Positions 47,574-53,244 of a stretch of 53,244 nt of DNA are shown piece after piece. The translations under genes and the position numbers were made by a program. The stretch is from an uncultured Candidatus Saccharibacteria bacterium (GTDB lineage: Bacteria; Patescibacteriota; Saccharimonadia; Saccharimonadales; Saccharimonadaceae). Below the pieces are notes generated by a model that saw only the letters and a list, made by a program, of their open reading frames with translations, had not been told where the DNA came from and made no database searches. Positions within the stretch are counted from its first letter, which is position 1. Each line of letters starts with the position of its first letter. The stretch covers positions 1-53,244 of the forward strand of contig CAUOVX010000001.1 of NCBI GenBank assembly GCA_963508115.1. The letters are read 5' to 3'.

Positions 47574-47963
47574 ATGGTAAACAGAAATTTCTTTACAAAA
47601 ACCATCATTGCTGTAGCTTTATTAGTCGGTTTTGCTATATCGACCCCAGTATTTGCCGAGGAGGAGAGTGCGAAGAAATGTGCTGGCGTCGATACTTCAA
47701 CTATAGAGTGTGGCGGTAAGAGTGGTAAAGAGGCTATTTTTGATATCGTTAAACAGGCAGTAAAAATTTTAACCATGGGTGTAGGTGTTACGGCTGTTGG
47801 TGCGGTAGTCTATGGAGGGATACTATTTTCATCATCTGGAGATAAGCCAGAAAACATCAAAAAAGCTCGCGAGATCTGGATCAATGTTGTGATAGGGTTG
47901 CTGCTATACGCCTTCTTTGTCACGCTGACTCAATTCTTAATTCCAGGAGGAGTGTTCTCATGA
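47574..47963 (+). CDS. TrbC/VirB2-like T4SS pilin 1
   Basis: Signal (VFA/E); Cys pair; two TMs joined by YGG..F.SSSGD.PE.IKKAR..W.N..IGL. Confidence 0.82.
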   Translation: MVNRNFFTKTIIAVALLVGFAISTPVFAEEESAKKCAGVDTSTIECGGKSGKEAIFDIVKQAVKILTMGVGVTAVGAVVYGGILFSSSGDKPENIKKAREIWINVVIGLLLYAFFVTLTQFLIPGGVFS

Positions 47964-48409
47964 TCAAGCGAGCAATTATAGCAGTTACCTTGGTGTTTAT
48001 GGGTAGCTTTGGTATGGCATTTGTCAATACACAACCCGCCCTAGCTGGTGCTTGTGATGAGAGTGGTCGTGTGCTGACGCTGAAACCGTGGTTTTATGGT
48101 TTGGCGGTTGATGGCAGTCAAAATAGCGGTAGCGATAGCAAGTGTAACTTAAAGAGCCCAAGTGACGTTGGTGGTTTTGGTCCATATATCTGGCGTATTG
48201 CCCTCAACCTCATTGAAGATTTATTCCAAATCACGGGCTATATTGCAGCAGGATATATCATATACGGCGGTTTCCTGTTTATCACCAGTTCAGGATCGCC
48301 AGATCGAGCGGTTCGTGGACGAAAAACAGTCTTTAACGCCATTATTGGCTTAGTTATAGCTATCGCCTCAGTAGGTGTAGTAAACTGGGTATCAGGAGCA
48401 TTATTATAA
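47960..48409 (+). CDS. TrbC/VirB2-like T4SS pilin 2
   Basis: Signal (ALA/G); Cys pair, L.PWF.GL; YGGF.FITSSGSPD....GRKT..NAIIGL. Confidence 0.82.
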   Translation: MIKRAIIAVTLVFMGSFGMAFVNTQPALAGACDESGRVLTLKPWFYGLAVDGSQNSGSDSKCNLKSPSDVGGFGPYIWRIALNLIEDLFQITGYIAAGYIIYGGFLFITSSGSPDRAVRGRKTVFNAIIGLVIAIASVGVVNWVSGALL

Positions 48410-48411
48410 CT

Positions 48412-48708
48412 ATGGAAAAGTTTATCGTTCAAATTGTTAGCCAACTAGGTTCCCCAAGTGACGTAGGGATTCCTGATCGTAAAGATGATAAGGTAGCATT
48501 ACAAAGTATAGCGAATTTTGTGTTTGCTGTTTCAGCGGTCGTAGCTATCATTTCCATCATCATCTATGGCATCATGTATAGTGTATCCGCTGGTGATCCG
48601 GGCAAAGTCTCCAAGGCTAAAAACGGTATCATCTATTCGGTGGTTGGTTTGCTGGTGGTATGGTGTGCTTTTGTTATTACAAACTATGTCGCAGGGAGGT
48701 TTAACTAA
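48412..48708 (+). CDS. TrbC/VirB2-like T4SS pilin 3 (no obvious cleavable signal)
   Basis: YG..YS.SAGDP.KV.KAKN.I.YS.VGL between two TMs. Confidence 0.82.
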   Translation: MEKFIVQIVSQLGSPSDVGIPDRKDDKVALQSIANFVFAVSAVVAIISIIIYGIMYSVSAGDPGKVSKAKNGIIYSVVGLLVVWCAFVITNYVAGRFN

Positions 48709-49082
48709 TGAAAAAAATCGTAACTATTACCACTGCTCTGGCCTTTGTCATGGTCGGTGGATTTTTGCTCTCACAAGCTGCTTCAGCGGTTGGTATTTAT
48801 GATGCATGTAGTACCGATCCAAATAACATTGTTTGTGCTAACAGTAGTGAATCAGTTGATCCTGTCATCAAAACAGTCATCAGATATCTGCTGATTATCT
48901 CTGGTATCGTATCAGTTGTGATGGTTATCATTGGTGGGTTGAAATATAGCACCTCCAATGGCGACAGTGCCAAGCTAAGCTCTGCTAAGAACACTATCAT
49001 GTACGCCATCATCGGCGTGATCATCTCTGCCCTTGCGTATGCTATCGTTGATTACGTATTTCTTCGCATAATTGGTAATTAG
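48708..49082 (+). CDS. TrbC/VirB2-like T4SS pilin 4
   Basis: Signal (ASA/V); Cys pair; GGLKYSTSNGDSAKLSSAKNTIMYAIIG. Confidence 0.87.
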   Translation: MKKIVTITTALAFVMVGGFLLSQAASAVGIYDACSTDPNNIVCANSSESVDPVIKTVIRYLLIISGIVSVVMVIIGGLKYSTSNGDSAKLSSAKNTIMYAIIGVIISALAYAIVDYVFLRIIGN

Positions 49083-49114
49083 AGCCCAACACAGTATAGA
49101 CAGACCGTAAAATA

Positions 49115-49160
49115 TGGTATAATGAAGTAAAATAACAATCAATTTCCCAAGGAAAGGAAA
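49115..49160 (+). promoter_or_regulatory. Extended -10 promoter and SD dedicated to pilin 5
   Basis: TGGTATAAT at 49115-49123; AAGGAAAGGA upstream of ATG 49169. Confidence 0.65.
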
Positions 49161-49168
49161 CGAAATTC

Positions 49169-49549
49169 ATGAAAAAAACCATTATTAAAATAGCTGGCGC
49201 GTTTGCCCTTCCTGTGTTGGTTATGGGTGTCGTATTTTTGGCTTCTGGCGACAATGCATTTGCGCAGGTTCGAGAAGGTTTGAACAAGGTTCAAAACGCC
49301 AATACTGGTGCTAGTGCTAACGTTGACGATATCATCTCAAAGTCAATTAACTTTGCATTGATGGCGATTGCGATTGTCTCTGTGTTTATGTTGATCCTTG
49401 GTGGTTTCAAATACACCACATCAAACGGTGACAGTGCTAAGGTGACATCTGCTAAGAATACCATCATGTACTCTTTGATCGGTCTGTTGATTGCTATCTT
49501 TGCCTACGCTATCGTTAACTTTGTGGTCAATAAGGTTACTGGTAACTAG
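49169..49549 (+). CDS. TrbC/VirB2-like T4SS pilin 5
   Basis: Signal (AFA/Q); GGFKYTTSNGDSAKVTSAKNTIMYSLIGL...FAYAIVNFV. Confidence 0.87.
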   Translation: MKKTIIKIAGAFALPVLVMGVVFLASGDNAFAQVREGLNKVQNANTGASANVDDIISKSINFALMAIAIVSVFMLILGGFKYTTSNGDSAKVTSAKNTIMYSLIGLLIAIFAYAIVNFVVNKVTGN

Positions 49550-49568
49550 GACAATTAGCTATAACTTC

Positions 49569-49599
49569 AAAAACACCAGTCATTGCGACTGGTGTTTTT
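49569..49599. terminator. Bidirectional intrinsic terminator between pilin 5 and hsp20
   Basis: AAAAACACCAGTC-attgc-GACTGGTGTTTTT between convergent genes. Confidence 0.9.
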
Positions 49600-49618
49600 A
49601 GTAGAGATCAGTGATTGA

Positions 49619-50092
49619 TTACAGAACTTGAATCTTCTTAGCTTTTTCTTGTTTTACTTTTTCAAAGGTAATTGTCAATACGCCGTCTTTTAGTTCTGCT
49701 TTTACACCCTCTTCCTTGACTGCGACTGGAAGAGCTAGGGTTCGCCGAAATTCACCCCAGTAACATTCTTGAATGTGCCAATTGTTAACTTCAGTCTCAT
49801 CACCGCTAGACAAGGTGCCGGAGATGGTCAAGATACCATCAGAGATACTAACATCCAAGTCGTTGCGATCAACGCCAGCGGTGCGCGCTTTGATGACCAA
49901 TTCTCCTTCGGTCTCAAAAACGTCAACCGCTAACTGACCCATCAGGTCATCAGCGTCCTCTTCCCAGTTATCCTCAGCAGCAGTCATGGTTGGTGCTGGT
50001 GCTGGTGCTGGAGTTGACAAATCAGCTTCATCCAAAAATGCAGCAGTTAAATCGTCATCTGTAAATAAATTATCGTCCTGTTTCCGGGCCAT
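49619..50092 (-). CDS. Hsp20/alpha-crystallin small heat-shock protein
   Basis: VDVFET..E.VIKA..AGV...DLDVSI.DG.LTISG, E..WGEF.R...LP, A.LKDGVL.I. Confidence 0.92.
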   Translation of the reverse strand: MARKQDDNLFTDDDLTAAFLDEADLSTPAPAPAPTMTAAEDNWEEDADDLMGQLAVDVFETEGELVIKARTAGVDRNDLDVSISDGILTISGTLSSGDETEVNNWHIQECYWGEFRRTLALPVAVKEEGVKAELKDGVLTITFEKVKQEKAKKIQVL

Positions 50093-50197
50093 AGTTGTTC
50101 CTCCACTCTATTTGGCTCAATTGACAATGTTCCCTATTAGTATAACGGTTATGTGCGTTATAATCAACAGTGAAAGGTAAAAAACGTAAAAAATACA

Positions 50198-50863
50198 ATG
50201 TTTGATAAGGTATTGTCGGTTATTGCTCCCCACTACTGTTATGAGTGTGGAAAATCTGGTCAAACTATTTGCCAAAAATGTAAAAAACACATCACACAGA
50301 TGAGCTATACCACATGTGTATTGTGTGATCGGCAGCCTAAATATGGTAATTATTGCGGCAGACATCGCTTCCCTGTTCGACAGATCTACTGTTTACTGCT
50401 TAGGCAAGGTGCGGTGTTGCAAGCGATTGACGCGCTCAAGTTTGAACGCAAACGAGCTGTTATCAACGATTTGGTGGATATCACTGACGCATTACTGCCA
50501 CAGCTGTCAGCTAATAGCGTACTAGTTCCTATTCCGACCACACCGCGAAACACGCGCATTAGAGGATATGACCACATGAAACTGATTTGTCGCCAGTTGG
50601 GGCGAGTTAGGAGAATCCCTGTTGAGCAAGTGCTTCAGCGACGCAATAACGTCACGCAGCATTTTGCTATATCGGCCAAACAGCGGAGATTGCAGGCAAA
50701 AGAGTTTTTCCGGGTGGTGGGTGATATCGATCCAGCCAAACATTACTGTCTGGTGGATGACATTTTCACCACTGGTGCTACAGTGCGAGAAGCTGCTCAC
50801 TGTTTACGTCAGGCGGGTGCTACCTTAGTGACAATCATCGTCCTGACGCGGCAAACTTCATAG
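50198..50863 (+). CDS. comF: ComF family protein (zinc ribbon + PRTase domain)
   Basis: CxxC motifs; LVPIP......RGYD; LVDDIFTTGAT. Confidence 0.88.
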   Translation: MFDKVLSVIAPHYCYECGKSGQTICQKCKKHITQMSYTTCVLCDRQPKYGNYCGRHRFPVRQIYCLLLRQGAVLQAIDALKFERKRAVINDLVDITDALLPQLSANSVLVPIPTTPRNTRIRGYDHMKLICRQLGRVRRIPVEQVLQRRNNVTQHFAISAKQRRLQAKEFFRVVGDIDPAKHYCLVDDIFTTGATVREAAHCLRQAGATLVTIIVLTRQTS

Positions 50864-50877
50864 GAAACCACAGCTGA

Positions 50878-51333
50878 TTAGACGTGGTGATACCCACTAC
50901 CTTTGGTGATCTCCTGCGCGCGATAAAGTTGTTCTGTCAAGAGTAGACGTACAAGTTGATGCGGAAACACCAGTTTTGACAGCGACCAAACGACATCGGC
51001 CCGCTCGCGTAGTTCCGAAGAAACACCAAATGCCCCACCAATGATGATGACTACCGACTGACTGTGGGTGAATTGATTTTCCAAGAGAGCTGATAGCTCT
51101 GGAGATGATAGATTATTACCTCTTTCGTCCAGTAAAATGACAAAATGGTCTGGTTTGATTTGCTTGAGTATTCGTTCAGACTCTTCCTGACGCGCTCTGG
51201 GGCCTTCCAGTGAAGAATTAGCCAACAATACCCATTCGATATTCCATGGGGCTCTCAGGCGCTTCTGATAGTATTCTAGGCCGTCCATGACCCATGGATT
51301 ATTTTTCTTGCCGATTGTGATAATTTTGAGCAT
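50878..51333 (-). CDS. rlmH: 23S rRNA (pseudouridine1915-N3) methyltransferase
   Basis: ITIGK, LDERG...SS..L, IIGGAFG, SLS.L.FPHQLVRL.L.EQLYRA, YHH. Confidence 0.95.
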   Translation of the reverse strand: MLKIITIGKKNNPWVMDGLEYYQKRLRAPWNIEWVLLANSSLEGPRARQEESERILKQIKPDHFVILLDERGNNLSSPELSALLENQFTHSQSVVIIIGGAFGVSSELRERADVVWSLSKLVFPHQLVRLLLTEQLYRAQEITKGSGYHHV

Positions 51334-51383
51334 ATCTACTGCAAGTATAACCCAACCTCTGGTATAATGAAAAAGTCAATCAC

Positions 51384-51471
51384 GGAGAGGTGCAGGAGTG
51401 GTTGAACTGGCCGCTCTCGAAAAGCGGTAAGCTGCAAGGCTTCGAGGGTTCGAATCCCTCTCTCTCCGCCA
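51384..51471 (+). tRNA. tRNA-Ser (CGA)
   Basis: GGAGAGG...CCGCT-CT-CGA-AA-AGCGG, long variable arm, GGGTTCGAATCCC, TCTCTCC-GCCA; TGGTATAAT upstream. Confidence 0.95.
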
Positions 51472-51487
51472 TGATATGTTTGCTCAA

Positions 51488-51514
51488 CCCTCACCTTGGT
51501 GGGGGCTTTGTGTT
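51488..51514 (+). terminator. Putative terminator after tRNA-Ser
   Basis: CCCTCAC-cttg-GTGGGGG hairpin followed by CTTTGTGTT. Confidence 0.5.
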
Positions 51515-51579
51515 GCCAGGGAAAGAAAGAGGAAATATGTTATAATAACATTGAAGTATCGTAAAGAGGAGAAGATAAC

Positions 51580-51831
51580 ATGGCTTTCGAATATGATTCA
51601 GCCTATAAAGAGTTGCCTGAGAATATAGAACGCGCTAAGAAGGTTCTTCGGAATCTAGGAGGGGTGGCTAATCTTGGTGACTTTCTTGGGGCAATGGTAA
51701 GTAAGGGAATCGCCCCGCCGGCGGCACTTCTGGCTGCGGAGAGTACAGAAGAGATTAACGTAGACTATTTGGAAACAACAGTTAGCTTGACGTCCAAATT
51801 GGTTCCTAAGAAAGAGTCGGCAGAAGATTAA
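51580..51831 (+). CDS. Hypothetical protein (83 aa)
   Basis: TGTTATAAT extended -10 at 51538-51546, AGAGGAG SD and a downstream terminator support expression; no family recognised. Confidence 0.65.
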   Translation: MAFEYDSAYKELPENIERAKKVLRNLGGVANLGDFLGAMVSKGIAPPAALLAAESTEEINVDYLETTVSLTSKLVPKKESAED

Positions 51832-51851
51832 CTTACCAAATAGCTCATCAT

Positions 51852-51885
51852 AAAAAACAACTCTTCCCTAACGAAGAGTTGTTTT
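51852..51885. terminator. Bidirectional intrinsic terminator between the 83-aa ORF and tRNA-Arg
   Basis: AAAACAACTCTTC-cctaac-GAAGAGTTGTTTT. Confidence 0.88.
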
Positions 51886-51897
51886 AATAATGCTCAT

Positions 51898-51974
51898 TGG
51901 TACACCCGGCACGATTCGAACGTACGACCTTTGGCTCCGCAAGCCAACGCTCTATCCAGCTGAGCTACGGGTGC
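51898..51974 (-). tRNA. tRNA-Arg (GCG)
   Basis: GCACCCGTAGCTCAGCTGGATAGAGCG-TTGGC-TT-GCG-GA-GCCAA-AGGTCGTACGTTCGAATCGTGCCGGGTGTA-CCA. Confidence 0.93.
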
Positions 51975-52089
51975 ATACAGCCTTTCGGTAAAACCGATTG
52001 GCCATAACAAAAATATAAGGTACCTTCTCTGCTCACATCATGAACATCGAACTTTTACATTCTAACACATATCAAAAGCTAAGAGCAAG

Positions 52090-52587
52090 CTAAAGCTTGA
52101 TGATTCGGATGAGTTTTTCCAAAGCGTCTGGTTTTATCTCTTGCATGGGGAGACGTGTGCCTAGCATATCGACAATCGTTTCCCCTTCCGCCTCTGAAAA
52201 GTAGATGGTTAGCCCCGGTGAGAAACGTTTAACGGGAAGTAGTAATACTGAGAATTGACCTTGATATTCGATAACACCGAAAGCTTTGAATTCACTAAAA
52301 TCGTATAACTTGTCCGCCACATAAACACCTTTGGGGCTAATGGCATAGTTGATCATGCGAGGAGTCTTGGTAGACAGAGATAGTAATGCTACTGCCATGA
52401 TGGGTATTAATACTGTGAATGTCCAGCTTTTGATCCAGAAAACAGACAGCGCCATGAGCACCATGATGACTACGGCAAATGATAGATACCAGCCTAGACC
52501 ACGTACTGGACCCCTGGTCTCTGGGGCGTGCCAAGAAAACGGTTCAGACAAATCATGAGCTGTTGCTTTGGTTGGTTCTGTTTCCAT
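52090..52587 (-). CDS. Conserved-looking hypothetical membrane protein (two TMs plus PH-like C-terminal region)
   Basis: FSW.APE....R...WY, two TMs, YAISPKGV.V..KLY.FSEFK.F; start moved to ATG 52587, 6 nt after TGGTATACT. Confidence 0.75.
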   Translation of the reverse strand: METEPTKATAHDLSEPFSWHAPETRGPVRGLGWYLSFAVVIMVLMALSVFWIKSWTFTVLIPIMAVALLSLSTKTPRMINYAISPKGVYVADKLYDFSEFKAFGVIEYQGQFSVLLLPVKRFSPGLTIYFSEAEGETIVDMLGTRLPMQEIKPDALEKLIRIIKL

Positions 52588-52619
52588 GGTTTTAGTATAC
52601 CATGAGCACAATGTGTAGG

Positions 52620-53021
52620 CTAGACGTCAGTAGAGCCACCACTGACGGCGAAGTTGATGACAAACTTGATGATGGCATAGGCAAAAAGAGCAATCAATAG
52701 ACCAATCACAGCATACAAGATGGTGTTTTTGGCGGCAGTAACTGATTCCTTCCGTCCACCAGATATGACGTAACGAAAACCACCAAAGATAAGCATCACC
52801 ACGCTGACTACCGCGATACCGATCAGCATAAAGTTGATAACCCGACGCACCAGAGAGCTGTCACCATTCCACAGGTTGGTTGGCACACCGTTGCCACGAG
52901 CTGCCTCTACACCTTCTGCAAAACCACCCTCACCAAGTGCCAGAGCTGGTAGACCAGTGATGGTCAATGCTAACATGGTTGTTATGATGATGCTTGCGCC
53001 AACAGTTAGAAACTTCTTCAT
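52620..53021 (-). CDS. TrbC/VirB2-like T4SS pilin 6 (outside the array)
   Basis: Signal (ALA/L); VSVVMLIFGGFRYVISGG..E.VTAAKNTILYAVIGL...FAYAI. Confidence 0.86.
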   Translation of the reverse strand: MKKFLTVGASIIITTMLALTITGLPALALGEGGFAEGVEAARGNGVPTNLWNGDSSLVRRVINFMLIGIAVVSVVMLIFGGFRYVISGGRKESVTAAKNTILYAVIGLLIALFAYAIIKFVINFAVSGGSTDV

Positions 53022-53118
53022 AATAGTTATATTATCCTTGGTTGGTAGAAAAAAGTCAACGCTATGGTATTTCGTACAGGTGTGGTATAATTTAACCAGG
53101 TTTCATGGTGTACATTTT

Positions 53119-53211
53119 GGAGGAGTACCCAAGTGGCTGAAGGGGACGGTTTGCTAAATCGTTAGTACGGAGAGATCTGTAGCGGGAGTTCGAATCTCCC
53201 CTCCTCCGCCA
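53119..53211 (+). tRNA. tRNA-Ser (GCT)
   Basis: GGAGGAG...ACGGT-TT-GCT-AA-ATCGT, long variable arm, GGAGTTCGAATCTCC, CTCCTCC-GCCA; TGGTATAAT upstream. Confidence 0.95.
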
Positions 53212-53244
53212 GAGTTATGCCGCTCCCGTCTCGGTTTATCCGGG

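Noticed and set aside
49988..50012. (GCTGGT)n microrepeat in hsp20
   Set aside because: About three to four in-frame units encoding a PAPAPAP linker; not a CRISPR or a contingency locus.
51975..52065. Hairpin (TCGGT-AAA-ACCGA) in the ~80-nt leader of tRNA-Arg as a possible ncRNA
   Set aside because: The stem is short and no known RNA motif was recognised; it cannot be told apart from chance without covariation data.
52834..53157. 107-aa plus-strand ORF
   Set aside because: Antisense to pilin 6 and runs into tRNA-Ser(GCT).

Overview
Chromosomal origin region of a bacterium using genetic code 11. Gene content points to Patescibacteria/CPR, probably Saccharibacteria (TM7); this is inference, not a database result. 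From left to right: (1) tRNA-Asn and a LexA-like protein that has only the DNA-binding domain. (2) A ~26 kb surface-glycan locus: galE, LCP, O-antigen-ligase-like protein, priming sugar transferase, an oppositely oriented rfbB-NUDIX-rfbC-rfbD-rfbA cassette, a Tll-like 6-deoxytalose reductase, a second rfbD, GT2/GT4/GT8 enzymes, a GacI/J/K/L-like side-chain module, Wzm/Wzt, and an embedded repeat-rich secreted protein. (3) The conserved jag-yidC-rnpA-rpmH / dnaA-dnaN block, with DnaA-box clusters on both sides of dnaA and a DnaA-trio unwinding element. (4) Directly after dnaN, a ~15 kb monoderm-conjugation-type T4SS operon: two VirB6-like paralogues, PrgI, VirB4, three peptidoglycan-hydrolase domains and a PEGA-like protein. 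No relaxase, integrase or coupling protein is in the window. A twin-arginine lipoprotein gene and tRNA-Asp lie upstream of it. (5) Five tandem VirB2-like pilin genes, a sixth pilin further on, hsp20, comF, rlmH and three more tRNAs, including a rare tRNA-Arg(GCG). All family calls come from motif recognition by eye; no searches were run.
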